DNA from: a virus
Taxonomy: Duplodnaviria > Caudoviricetes
IMG/VR virus record: IMGVR_UViG_3300013014_000040
Coordinates: 1-52,757 of that record
Reading direction: 5' to 3' (one strand)
Length of the DNA stretch: 52,757 nt
Shown here one piece after another: positions 31,855-40,185 of the stretch. The stretch's first letter is position 1. Every line of letters starts with the position of its first letter. The notes under the pieces are model-generated. The model searched no databases. It worked only from the letters and a program-made list of their open reading frames with translations, and was not told the DNA's origin. The translations under genes were made by a program, and so were the position numbers.

Positions 31855-31886
31855 TTAATATAAGGTAGTTTTATTGATTTACCTAA
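31855..31886 (-). promoter_or_regulatory. putative host-RNAP promoter TTAGG-N16-CCTTATATTAA
   Basis: Identical spacing to the copies at 34.7, 37.6 and 50.1 kb. Confidence 0.6.
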
Positions 31887-32399
31887 TTATTTGTTAACTT
31901 TGTTCAATTGACGTTCTAACTTCTTCATCTTCGATTGATGGCCTTTAATCTCCGTTTTCTTTCCAGATTTAAGTATCTGTCCACGTAAAAAGACTATTTG
32001 ACCTAAAATTTGTTCTTTAAGATCAGCCTTTTCCTGTTTAGTTAACTTCTTTTTACCCTCAGTTGGCTCTATCTTAGTAACAGCCCTAGTTCCTTTAAGT
32101 TTAGGTTGTTCTATACCCTTAAGGAATACATTGCCATCGGCATCAACAAACTCAACCATGAACTGCCATCCACGTGGACGCCCTTTAGATACATATCCAT
32201 TACGTATCTCAGGTGCGCCTGCTATCTTAGCAGTACATGACGTACACAATACCGCGGTAGTTATTTCTCCCACTTCAGACCATTGATTACAAATATTGCC
32301 TTTCCAATACTTGCCATCTGAAATACTATTTCGGCAAATCATATATCGTTTGCCATTGCGTTGTTTAGTCTCAAAAAGAGTTTTTATTTTTTCTGCCAT
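31887..32399 (-). CDS. phage hypothetical protein, Cys-containing (putative Zn) with basic C-terminal helix
   Basis: 170 aa; C..C..CTSC; GRPRGWQF..FVDADGNVF.KG. Confidence 0.8.
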   Translation of the reverse strand: MAEKIKTLFETKQRNGKRYMICRNSISDGKYWKGNICNQWSEVGEITTAVLCTSCTAKIAGAPEIRNGYVSKGRPRGWQFMVEFVDADGNVFLKGIEQPKLKGTRAVTKIEPTEGKKKLTKQEKADLKEQILGQIVFLRGQILKSGKKTEIKGHQSKMKKLERQLNKVNK

Positions 32400-32415
32400 A
32401 AATTTATTTGTTTAA

Positions 32416-33480
32416 TTACGCCCAATATGCTCTAGCACGTGGCGGCGGCTTAGCCGGTGTATTAACGGGGACTTCTGGTTTATCTTCTACAGGTTTATCT
32501 TCGTAGATATCTTCCGGTTCAATCTCTTCTTCCTCTACAATATCTTCTTCTACAACAACATCTTCTTCTACAACAACATCTTCTTCTACAACAACATCTT
32601 CGATATCTACATGTTCATATGCTCCATCCGGGCCTATTTGAAAATCATCTGATATATACGGTATGCTTTCGTTATGATCTTTTTGTTTTTTTTCAAATGC
32701 CATGTTTGCTGCTACTACTAATGCAATTGCCAATGGGTCGAATACAAATATAATAAGTAACAAGAACCAGTTGATAACTGTATCCATACTCTTACCGGTT
32801 AGATTACTTAAGTACTTTAAAGGGCCTAATTCTCCGGCTAATTGTGCATTTGATTCTATATCTAATATACGCATATCTAATGCCGTTAGGCTATCACTAA
32901 CACCGGTTAATTTTATATCTAAAAGATCCTTACTAGCCATTGCATTTGTCAATTGAGTTTCAAATGTTTTACGGTTAGCCTCATTAGCTCTAGTAACTAA
33001 TTGACCGGTATTTCTATCAACTGTTTGGGTCGTACTTCCATTGGCTAACGCTGTACGTAGCTGTGATATATCATTATCTAAACGTTGTTTCTCTGTTGCA
33101 TATTCTACTTTTGATTGCTCAAATCTAGTACGTTTAGTTTTAATAGTTTCAATTTGCTTTTCAACTACACCGGACTTATTAGCAGTATCTTGATATGCAC
33201 TAGACAAATAACCGTATATACCACCACTAGTAATAAGCATTAATATAGTTATAGCCCCTACCAAATATACCCGTAACACTTTGTTTATTGTTTCCCAGTA
33301 CTGATATAATAAAGATGCAATAACTAATTTAGCAAATTCTAAACTACTTGCCATTACGATAACTTGTGTACTAGCTCCAGCAAACAATTTACTCAATCCA
33401 TAGACTGAATAAAACGCTGCTGATGCTGATACTGCAAATGCACTAAGTGCAATTATATACGGAAATATTTTTGATCTCAT
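32416..33480 (-). CDS. multi-pass membrane protein with long coiled coil (DUF4407-like architecture)
   Basis: Three N-terminal TM helices, coiled coil, TM ending IFVFDPLAIALVVAA, acidic tail. Confidence 0.8.
   Translation of the reverse strand: MRSKIFPYIIALSAFAVSASAAFYSVYGLSKLFAGASTQVIVMASSLEFAKLVIASLLYQYWETINKVLRVYLVGAITILMLITSGGIYGYLSSAYQDTANKSGVVEKQIETIKTKRTRFEQSKVEYATEKQRLDNDISQLRTALANGSTTQTVDRNTGQLVTRANEANRKTFETQLTNAMASKDLLDIKLTGVSDSLTALDMRILDIESNAQLAGELGPLKYLSNLTGKSMDTVINWFLLLIIFVFDPLAIALVVAANMAFEKKQKDHNESIPYISDDFQIGPDGAYEHVDIEDVVVEEDVVVEEDVVVEEDIVEEEEIEPEDIYEDKPVEDKPEVPVNTPAKPPPRARAYWA
32542..32601. repeat. in-frame 18-bp tandem repeat (ATCTTCTTCTACAACAAC x3.3; encodes VVVEED)
   Basis: Exact units at 32542, 32560 and 32578 plus a partial copy. 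Confidence 0.95.
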
Positions 33481-33650
33481 TAGCTAATTTCTATACGATC
33501 CATTGCAAATCTAATTCGGCTGCGAATTTCGTTTAAGCGTCTAATAGCTTCATTGGTATCGACAGATTTCCTTTCAGCTAAATCAATTAAAATCATGGCC
33601 ATATTATCAGCCTCATCTAATCTACGTAATACATTGTCTTTGTCTTTCAT
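33480..33650 (-). CDS. small helical hypothetical protein (56 aa, not in ORF track)
   Basis: MKDKDNVLRRLDEADN...RIEIS*; ATGA and TAATG overlaps on both sides. Confidence 0.7.
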   Translation of the reverse strand: MKDKDNVLRRLDEADNMAMILIDLAERKSVDTNEAIRRLNEIRSRIRFAMDRIEIS

Positions 33651-34699
33651 ATTAAAACCTTTTGTTGATTATTATAATTATAAATATTTCTCCACTTTAA
33701 AAGTGCTAATTCTTTGGCTTTTGCTTCGATCATAATATCGACCTCATAGCCATATGTATTGATAGGATGAATAATATAATCGGCATGTGCCGTTATTTTA
33801 ATCTTATCAAAGTCTTTTTTATATTGGGCAAATGTCGGCCAAGTAAGTAATTCGGTCAATGGAATATTATGTTGGGCACTAACCTGTTCTAACATCAATT
33901 GATACTCCGTACGGCGTGATTCGCTATAATGGCAACATTGTATAATACCTGTCGGCCATGTACTACGAGCCATTTCAAATGCTTCTTGTTCGGATAAACT
34001 ACCTGGATGTAAACTATGATGAAAATAGTCAAAGGTAATAGGAATACCAATATTCTGATGAATGAACGAGTATAGCATAGATACACTATACATACTAGGC
34101 TTGTCATCATTTTCAAGTACTAAACGTGCCTTGCAACGATCCGACAATCGTTCCCAATTTTTCATCCAAGTATAAGCAGTACCCTCAGGGTCACCATAAA
34201 CGCCACCGACATGAATGTTAATTTTATTTTCATATGAAGGAGCAAAACCCATCATATCAAACATCTCAGAATGTCGTTCTAAGCTAGTAATGCTCTTGTT
34301 AACTACATCTTCGCGAGAACCGCCTAAGATATGGAACGGCCCTGGATGTGTAGTAAGTCTATGACCATGTGCCCTAGCAAACTCGCCGCATTCGAAAAGT
34401 ATTCTACTAATCTCATCATAGCCTGGTAATGTATGTAATTCATAATGATCAGCCCATGGTATCAATTCAGACCCTATACGAAATAAACGAATGTTATTCT
34501 CTTCGTTCCACTTAAGGATATGCAAAAGATCTTTTGCATTAAGAATAGCAATATCGCTAAGTTTCTTAAGGTCGTTATTAGGAAACCATGACTCTTTGCG
34601 TACCCCACGCCCGGTAAGGATACGACCACCTAACTTGTTAGGACGGGCTGCCAATGTATTATTGATACATGCATACCCTAAACGTACTTTTTTATTCAT
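33647..34699 (-). CDS. uvsE: UV DNA damage endonuclease UvsE/UvdE
   Basis: RLGYACIN, LKWNEENNIRLFRIGS, RLTTHPGPF, INIHVGG, RLVLENDD, PITFDYFHH, HYSE, AHADYI, DIMIEAKAKELAL. Confidence 0.95.
   Translation of the reverse strand: MNKKVRLGYACINNTLAARPNKLGGRILTGRGVRKESWFPNNDLKKLSDIAILNAKDLLHILKWNEENNIRLFRIGSELIPWADHYELHTLPGYDEISRILFECGEFARAHGHRLTTHPGPFHILGGSREDVVNKSITSLERHSEMFDMMGFAPSYENKINIHVGGVYGDPEGTAYTWMKNWERLSDRCKARLVLENDDKPSMYSVSMLYSFIHQNIGIPITFDYFHHSLHPGSLSEQEAFEMARSTWPTGIIQCCHYSESRRTEYQLMLEQVSAQHNIPLTELLTWPTFAQYKKDFDKIKITAHADYIIHPINTYGYEVDIMIEAKAKELALLKWRNIYNYNNQQKVLI
33679..33687 (-). promoter_or_regulatory. putative late promoter ATATTTATA (within the uvsE 3' end)
   Basis: Repeated motif upstream of ATG 33650. 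Confidence 0.5.
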
Positions 34700-34703
34700 G
34701 TCT

Positions 34704-34735
34704 TAAAGATAAGGACATTGATTCACATTTCCTAA
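34704..34735 (-). promoter_or_regulatory. putative host-RNAP promoter TTAGG-N16-CCTTATCTTTA
   Basis: Fills the gap directly upstream of uvsE; conserved spacing. Confidence 0.6.
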
Positions 34736-34951
34736 TTATTCTTCAGAAATGTTTTCTTCTTCGGTAATTTCAGTAAATTCAATATCTGTAACAGAATCGC
34801 AAAAATAAAATCTACCATCCTTGCGAAGTAATGTATCACATCGATACAGTTCTTTAAGTAGATTTAAATCAGATCCATCCTTCAACGTAGACTCTTTAAT
34901 AGTTCGTTTTAAGACCAGCATACGACCCTGGAATTCTATTATTTGATTCAT
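34736..34951 (-). CDS. hypothetical protein
   Basis: 71-aa ORF, packed in operon. Confidence 0.75.
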   Translation of the reverse strand: MNQIIEFQGRMLVLKRTIKESTLKDGSDLNLLKELYRCDTLLRKDGRFYFCDSVTDIEFTEITEEENISEE

Positions 34952-34995
34952 TGTAAACTAGTTATAATCGTTCTTATATAAAGGAATTTGGGGCG

Positions 34996-35406
34996 TTAAT
35001 TCTCGCATAATGGTTGATTAACTCCCAATATACGGTATGCTTTAAAGTATTTATAGAAATCGAAATCTGACTTCTTGATATACGGTACCGTTGCTAATAT
35101 GGTACCATCATGGTTCATTTTCTTAATGAAATGTCGTATTACACGTATACTATCAGAATTAAATGTAATTATATCGTCATAGTTAGAAATACATAGACGA
35201 TACGGTCCTACCATTAGATCTTGTATCTTAACTTGTACTATACGAGCATGTTCTAGACGTGTATGAAGCTGTTCTATTTGTTTACTATTAGCAGCTTCCT
35301 TACCTACAGTTAGAATATCATATAAATACTCAATCTTATCAGTAGGATCTAATCCTATAAATAAATCAAAGTCATCTTCGGATATTTTAATGTTTTGTAG
35401 AGCCAT
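34996..35406 (-). CDS. hypothetical protein
   Basis: 136-aa ORF. Confidence 0.75.
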   Translation of the reverse strand: MALQNIKISEDDFDLFIGLDPTDKIEYLYDILTVGKEAANSKQIEQLHTRLEHARIVQVKIQDLMVGPYRLCISNYDDIITFNSDSIRVIRHFIKKMNHDGTILATVPYIKKSDFDFYKYFKAYRILGVNQPLCEN

Positions 35407-35575
35407 GTTCTTTAAAGATTTGAAATGCTACATATGCCCAATCATGATCGGTATTTAATTTCTGTGTACTTAAATACTCTTTCAATCGTAATAAACGACT
35501 TTCAGAATCGGAGTCACGAAGAATTACATTGACTATATTCTGTTGTTTCTTTGTAAGTATCATCGTGACTCCCAT
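35387..35575 (-). CDS. hypothetical protein
   Basis: 62-aa ORF (alternative start 35563 with GGGAG RBS). Confidence 0.65.
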   Translation of the reverse strand: MGVTMILTKKQQNIVNVILRDSDSESRLLRLKEYLSTQKLNTDHDWAYVAFQIFKEHGSTKH

Positions 35576-35579
35576 TTTG

Positions 35580-35588
35580 AATAAATAT
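35580..35588 (-). promoter_or_regulatory. putative late promoter ATATTTATT
   Basis: Repeated intergenic motif. Confidence 0.6.
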
Positions 35589-35596
35589 GATTTTGA

Positions 35597-35866
35597 TTAG
35601 AGTTTACCCATCAATCCGAAACGATATCGTTTCAAAATAACTTCTCGGGCAGACTTACATGTTTGCTCAATATGCTCAAGTTCATCCATAGTGACACCAT
35701 ACTCATGGTTACCAATACAAAATTTACCTACTACAGGCATACTTGGGTTATTTGCAAATACCTGTGCTGATACTCGATCATCTGAGTCAAAATCGATTGA
35801 CCCGTAAAACTGTCCAAACTTTTTCACTTTCTTTTGATCCATTGCGAATCGACTGTTAACGCTCAT
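35597..35866 (-). CDS. hypothetical protein
   Basis: 89-aa ORF. Confidence 0.75.
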   Translation of the reverse strand: MSVNSRFAMDQKKVKKFGQFYGSIDFDSDDRVSAQVFANNPSMPVVGKFCIGNHEYGVTMDELEHIEQTCKSAREVILKRYRFGLMGKL

Positions 35867-35877
35867 AAATTTAATTT

Positions 35878-36693
35878 TTAAGATTTATATATAACTAACG
35901 TAAATGCTGAATCGCCCATACTATGATCGACTAAACATGCATTATACTTCTTTTGGTACTTATTTAAAAGTTCACCCGGATTATAACGAATAATACCATC
36001 CTGGTGGTCATGGTGATCAGATGTCAATACTATTGCAATTCCAATATTAGCATGTTCTAACATAATGTTTATAGTATCATCTAATATTTCCTCATTAGAT
36101 TTTTTCATATCTAAATCATAACGCAATGTTAATGCCATTATATTGATACACCAGTCTTTAACGATATCATGTGGAGCAGACCAATTCATTTCACGAATGT
36201 CAACGTTATCACCATACACTTGCTTACCTGCTTCAATTAACGGATAATTAGAATCTATACCAACATAATCAATTGACTTTCCAGTTTCGCTTGCTACAAA
36301 GATTTTAAAATCTCCGCGGCCGCATCCGTAATCTAAAACGCTAGACCCGCCGGTGTACATTAATATCGATCGGTATAACATTACTTGATATGCAGTGTCT
36401 GGATATCCTATAGCTTCAGGCGAATATAATAGGAATTCGTTAGTAGGAAGACTTTCTAAAATTGCATTACGTAATTCATCGGCATCAACCGTATCAATGT
36501 CTATTTCTGTCAATGTCTCAGCTACTATCGGCGTTGGAGTTTCACTATAGAATTCTTCTGTCGGGTCAATAACTTCTTCAAGGATTTCAGTATCTTCTTC
36601 TTTAATAGATACTTGGTTATTCGCCCATTCTACTTGTTCTTGCCACTCTTTACTGTTTTTATCTTTAAAGATATTTTTTAGTTTACTTAGCAT
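35878..36693 (-). CDS. class I SAM-dependent methyltransferase-like protein with acidic N-terminal extension
   Basis: SVLDYGCGRGDF (motif I), YVGIDSN..LIEAG (motif II). Confidence 0.8.
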   Translation of the reverse strand: MLSKLKNIFKDKNSKEWQEQVEWANNQVSIKEEDTEILEEVIDPTEEFYSETPTPIVAETLTEIDIDTVDADELRNAILESLPTNEFLLYSPEAIGYPDTAYQVMLYRSILMYTGGSSVLDYGCGRGDFKIFVASETGKSIDYVGIDSNYPLIEAGKQVYGDNVDIREMNWSAPHDIVKDWCINIMALTLRYDLDMKKSNEEILDDTINIMLEHANIGIAIVLTSDHHDHQDGIIRYNPGELLNKYQKKYNACLVDHSMGDSAFTLVIYKS

Positions 36694-36964
36694 AATTACT
36701 ACGATTTTTACGGTTTAAAATTCTTTGTACACGAGCCTCGACGTCACGATTATCTACTCGCAATGGATGTGTTCTATTAAAGTTTTGAGTAGTTCTACAT
36801 GCAATTGCAGCATACTCCCAAGCCTTCTCCGGATCATCTGTCACGGGCATCAGATACTCTTCTGATAACATCGTGTCCCCATTAACGATAAAACACTCAT
36901 CCATTTCATACTCGAGTCGAGCATTAGGGTACTTCTTGAGTACTTGTTTTTGAAATTTTGTCAT
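36683..36964 (-). CDS. hypothetical protein
   Basis: 93-aa ORF. Confidence 0.75.
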   Translation of the reverse strand: MTKFQKQVLKKYPNARLEYEMDECFIVNGDTMLSEEYLMPVTDDPEKAWEYAAIACRTTQNFNRTHPLRVDNRDVEARVQRILNRKNRSNYAK

Positions 36965-36965
36965 A

Positions 36966-37391
36966 TTAATAAGATCTTGGACCTACCACTGGGAAGGTTA
37001 AATCATTATTTTTATCGAAATGCTTGATGTCTTCAAGTATCATATCGGGACTAAAATTTGCAATTGTATGACCTATACTACGATCGACACGCATATTGTT
37101 ACTTCCGCCATTTTGTTGCCATACGGCTGTTAATGCAGAATCAATACACGGATTTGATTTTTCTTTATCTACCGGAACTAGAATGAATCCGGAGCCTTTT
37201 TCTGAACGAAGATCATATCCAACTCTTTTCCCTTTATGGGTTCTGATATTAGTGATCATTCCTATTTGATTTACACCTTCGAATCGAAATACTACATTCT
37301 CTCCTACGGCATATCTTTTCAATGGCCCATTTTCTTTGGCCAATCTTTGCTTCTCTGTTAAATGCGTAACTTTTACTTCAATGTTCTCCAT
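36966..37391 (-). CDS. hypothetical protein, SH3/KOW-like beta-barrel
   Basis: YAVGENVVFRFEG...GMIT...GYDL pattern. Confidence 0.7.
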   Translation of the reverse strand: MENIEVKVTHLTEKQRLAKENGPLKRYAVGENVVFRFEGVNQIGMITNIRTHKGKRVGYDLRSEKGSGFILVPVDKEKSNPCIDSALTAVWQQNGGSNNMRVDRSIGHTIANFSPDMILEDIKHFDKNNDLTFPVVGPRSY

Positions 37392-37393
37392 TC

Positions 37394-37603
37394 TTAAGAA
37401 TTTTGTGATTCAATAACTTTACAAATTTTACTAGTTCCAATTGACTTAACCTCGAACTCAATGCCCGACGATTTAAAGTCTTTGTTAATTAACTCTTCCG
37501 CATGCGTAACGGATACAGCGTCAATTAGATAGGTTTCAGACACCCATTTCACTCCCTTAGGAGTATCGGTAGCAATTGCTACTCTTGATACATAATAACT
37601 CAT
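37394..37603 (-). CDS. DUF4494-like protein (Bacteroidota-type)
   Basis: KWVSETYLIDAVSVTHAE...FEVKSI..SKI.KVI. Confidence 0.75.
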   Translation of the reverse strand: MSYYVSRVAIATDTPKGVKWVSETYLIDAVSVTHAEELINKDFKSSGIEFEVKSIGTSKICKVIESQNS

Positions 37604-37625
37604 AACTTATTTTTTTAATTAGATT

Positions 37626-37657
37626 TAAATATAATAACTATTTTTCACTATTCCTAA
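37626..37657 (-). promoter_or_regulatory. putative host-RNAP promoter TTAGG-N16-TATTATATTTA
   Basis: Same spacing as the other TTAGG copies; intergenic. Confidence 0.55.
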
Positions 37658-37674
37658 GGAAAAGTTAAAAAAGT

Positions 37675-38070
37675 TTATTTTTGTTTTGGTATCGGAGTTG
37701 TTCGGCGACCTCCTTTGGTTCTCATCTCCTCTAACTCATCAGCTACATCTAGTTCAGCTAAAATGAAACGAGTCAATACTCCCTTCTCTCCAATTAAAGA
37801 TGCTAATGTCTTATATTGATTATATGGAACATCACTACCAGCAGCATCTTTTGCTGTCTTAGCCATTGTAGATAATCTAGCGGTAATTTCATTACGAAGT
37901 TGTGAACGTAATAAAACTCCATACCCTGTAATATGTACTTCAGGATCGACTGGATCGAAACTCTTTGGATCTGTTAATGAACCGTAACGTCCTGCGCCTT
38001 CGGCTAATACATCACGTACTTCTGATTCAATTAACTTAAACAATTTATTTTTAAAATCTTTCCCTTCCAT
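37675..38070 (-). CDS. putative internal head protein (leader LFKLIESEVRDVLAE)
   Basis: 131 aa; AAGGA RBS; leader ends in L-x-E. Confidence 0.72.
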   Translation of the reverse strand: MEGKDFKNKLFKLIESEVRDVLAEGAGRYGSLTDPKSFDPVDPEVHITGYGVLLRSQLRNEITARLSTMAKTAKDAAGSDVPYNQYKTLASLIGEKGVLTRFILAELDVADELEEMRTKGGRRTTPIPKQK

Positions 38071-38093
38071 ATTTTTCCTTTAAAATTAATATA

Positions 38094-38119
38094 AGACCCA
38101 TAACTTATGCTATGGGTCT
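38094..38119 (-). terminator. stem-loop AGACCCATA-N8-TATGGGTCT, probable terminator or processing hairpin
   Basis: Perfect 9-bp inverted repeat just after the Hc1-like gene; weak U-tract. Confidence 0.55.
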
Positions 38120-38131
38120 ATATTAGTATAT

Positions 38132-38317
38132 TTACGATCTTTTTGATTCAGTTACCGATTCTTTACGGTATTCAGTAACAAGCTTCTTAAGATCTCCAAT
38201 TGATTTACGTGCTCTAGTAGCAGCTGATTTGTTTCCTTTTTCAGCAAACTTTGCATGGTTCTCTTCAAACTCAGTCCAAAGGTTTTTCAATTCTGTAAAT
38301 AGTTCTTCTGTTGTCAT
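38132..38317 (-). CDS. histone H1-like (Hc1 family) small protein
   Basis: KFAEKGNKSAATRARKSIGDLKKLVTEYRKES matches the Bacteroidota/Chlamydia Hc1 N-domain. Confidence 0.8.
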   Translation of the reverse strand: MTTEELFTELKNLWTEFEENHAKFAEKGNKSAATRARKSIGDLKKLVTEYRKESVTESKRS

Positions 38318-38338
38318 AACATTCCTTTATTTTGGTTA

Positions 38339-38560
38339 TTAATATTCATCGTCGTCTATAAGGAAATCTTCCTCATGGCGAATATGAAATTCTTTTTGAA
38401 ATTCAATTTCTAACATATCTTCATCAGACATATCATCGGCTTGGAATATAAGATCTCCGTCTAAATATACCTCACCAATTAGTGTTTCATCATCAATGAA
38501 AAATTCCAATTCTTCACCGATAAAATTATCACCTGTCATTATGTTCTCTAATGTAATCAT
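38339..38560 (-). CDS. highly acidic small protein (possible DNA mimic)
   Basis: 73 aa, about one third Asp/Glu; function is speculative. Confidence 0.7.
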   Translation of the reverse strand: MITLENIMTGDNFIGEELEFFIDDETLIGEVYLDGDLIFQADDMSDEDMLEIEFQKEFHIRHEEDFLIDDDEY

Positions 38561-38564
38561 CTTA

Positions 38565-38573
38565 TATAAATAT
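38565..38573 (-). promoter_or_regulatory. putative late promoter ATATTTATA
   Basis: 4 nt upstream of ATG 38560, with no SD. Confidence 0.6.
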
Positions 38574-38579
38574 CCTATG

Positions 38580-38747
38580 TTAGTCTTTCATTAGTTTATC
38601 AAAGGCATATTCCCATTGCTCTAACACATCTTTGTATTTGTGTTTTTCTTGCCATTTCATACGCTCTAATTGAGCCTGGAACTTATCCTCTAATTCATAT
38701 TCTGCAACTACAGAATGGATATGATAAAAACGGTCTTCTCTGTTCAT
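38580..38747 (-). CDS. small hypothetical protein (55 aa, not in ORF track)
   Basis: MNREDRFYHIHSVV...WEYAFDKLMKD*; GAGG RBS; fills the gap. Confidence 0.7.
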   Translation of the reverse strand: MNREDRFYHIHSVVAEYELEDKFQAQLERMKWQEKHKYKDVLEQWEYAFDKLMKD

Positions 38748-38773
38748 ATAATACCTCTTTAAAATATATATGA

Positions 38774-39094
38774 CTAAGCTTTGTTTATCATGGCTCTTTG
38801 AACAATTAGGTCTCTTTTCCTGGCAAAATCTTGGTAAGAATGGGAGTCGTAGTTAGCCTCTAAAAGCCGTATATTTTGTATTTTGAAGCCCCTATAACCG
38901 AGGTTTAAACGCTCCTTTAAACTTTGTATACATCGGCTACTCTTCGGGTTTTCGAAGTCGCAATGAAAGGCATATTCTATCCAATCTTCAGCATGTGAAT
39001 TTACCAGAAAAACACGGTATTTATGGCAATATGGAAACAGGTCATTTCTTAATGTTTCCGCGGATAAATTGCTTTTGTTCTTTGATTTTGGCAT
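38774..39094 (-). CDS. hypothetical protein
   Basis: 106-aa ORF; start uncertain (overlaps the upstream gene). Confidence 0.55.
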   Translation of the reverse strand: MPKSKNKSNLSAETLRNDLFPYCHKYRVFLVNSHAEDWIEYAFHCDFENPKSSRCIQSLKERLNLGYRGFKIQNIRLLEANYDSHSYQDFARKRDLIVQRAMINKA

Positions 39095-39359
39095 CTAATT
39101 CTGATTTATTAATTTCTTCAGATTTCGTCGGTTTTTCCGGTGAAATTGGCGTAATTACACCTCCATCTATTCTTGCAACAATCCACCATGGCGCTTTCTT
39201 ATGTGCATCTTTTTGCCATGCACAATTTGGTATTATAGTTCCATCGGTTTTACGGAGATCATAGTGTGAGTCAGGCCGTATTGCTATGACCTGACTCTCA
39301 TATTTTGCACCAAGAAATTGTACTACAACACGATCGTTTATCTTTAACTTCTTTGACAT
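39042..39359 (-). CDS. hypothetical protein, SH3-like
   Basis: LKINDRVVVQFLG...VIAI....YDL; similar pattern to 36966..37391. Confidence 0.7.
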   Translation of the reverse strand: MSKKLKINDRVVVQFLGAKYESQVIAIRPDSHYDLRKTDGTIIPNCAWQKDAHKKAPWWIVARIDGGVITPISPEKPTKSEEINKSELDAKIKEQKQFIRGNIKK

Positions 39360-39378
39360 ATACTTATTTTTAAGATAC

Positions 39379-39410
39379 TTAATTTAAGTATAAAATTTCA
39401 AATAAACAAA
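39379..39410 (-). promoter_or_regulatory. putative host-RNAP promoter TTTG-N20-TAAATTAA
   Basis: Intergenic; matches Bacteroidota -33/-7 spacing. Confidence 0.45.
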
Positions 39411-39426
39411 TCTTTTTTCAGAAAAG

Positions 39427-39567
39427 TTATCCTTGACCTACATTTAGTTTTTTATAGTTCTTAGCACGTTTGTTCTTGCTTTGTTTTGTCTTTGCATGAA
39501 CACCTGGACGACGTTTTTTCGGTGGTTTACGGTATATGCCCGTGTCTTTTACCTTTGCCTTTGCCAT
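39427..39567 (-). CDS. very basic 46-aa protein ending NYKKLNVGQG (not in ORF track)
   Basis: MAKAKVKDTGIYRKPPKKRRPGVHAKTKQSKNKRAKNYKKLNVGQG*; AAGGA RBS; resembles the small KKYRGQG phage peptides. Confidence 0.75.
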   Translation of the reverse strand: MAKAKVKDTGIYRKPPKKRRPGVHAKTKQSKNKRAKNYKKLNVGQG

Positions 39568-39577
39568 TATAGTATCC

Positions 39578-40174
39578 TTACTTTATATCAGACGAGCTAA
39601 TTAAAGTATAAGTAAAGTTGTTACCATGAATGTCTTTTGCTTTACGGCAAATTTTCATGAAAGCTTCAAAATCTGCAGACTTCTTGAATACTTGGCATCC
39701 TTCGCTCCAGTTCTCAACATATGTTGAATCTGCGCCAGCTTTATGAATGTTAATTCCAAATACACCTTCCTGTATTTTTTTCTCATCATACACTAAATCC
39801 TTGTTAGCATCGCGCCAAACCTTAACTGGCTTGTTCTGTCCTAATGCTTCATATTTTCCTTGGTGAAGACGGATAATATGCGAGCTGCGATACTGGCCTT
39901 CTACAAGACGAGCAACACCTGCTGCATTATGATATTCTTTAACTCCCTTCTTCCCTGGGTCGGTTGTAGCTGCCCAAGAATGGAATTTCCAAACACCGTT
40001 TTCTTTGTAAGAAATTGTCAATGCATCATCAAACACATTCGTAACAGTTTGACCAGTACTGGCATTTCTAATTCCTATGATATTGACATCATAGCCTTTG
40101 TTGCTAGCATCTTCAAACCAAACATATCCTTTGGCTTTAACGGCTGCTTCAACTTGTTCTCTGGTAAAATTCAT
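39578..40174 (-). CDS. L,D-transpeptidase (YkuD)-like protein, candidate endolysin
   Basis: FGINIHKAG...WSEGCQVF = HxG-x(n)-SxGC catalytic motif; no signal peptide. Confidence 0.6.
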   Translation of the reverse strand: MNFTREQVEAAVKAKGYVWFEDASNKGYDVNIIGIRNASTGQTVTNVFDDALTISYKENGVWKFHSWAATTDPGKKGVKEYHNAAGVARLVEGQYRSSHIIRLHQGKYEALGQNKPVKVWRDANKDLVYDEKKIQEGVFGINIHKAGADSTYVENWSEGCQVFKKSADFEAFMKICRKAKDIHGNNFTYTLISSSDIK

Positions 40175-40185
40175 AACACTCCTTT

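Noticed and set aside
32542-32601. 18-bp tandem repeat as a regulatory or phase-variation element
   Set aside because: The unit is a multiple of three and lies in a disordered acidic tail; ordinary slippage expansion.
5435-38573. Plus-strand TATAAATA as canonical T4 late promoters driving plus-strand genes
   Set aside because: No credible plus-strand genes follow, and position is tied to minus-strand start codons. Antisense activity cannot be fully excluded without TSS data.
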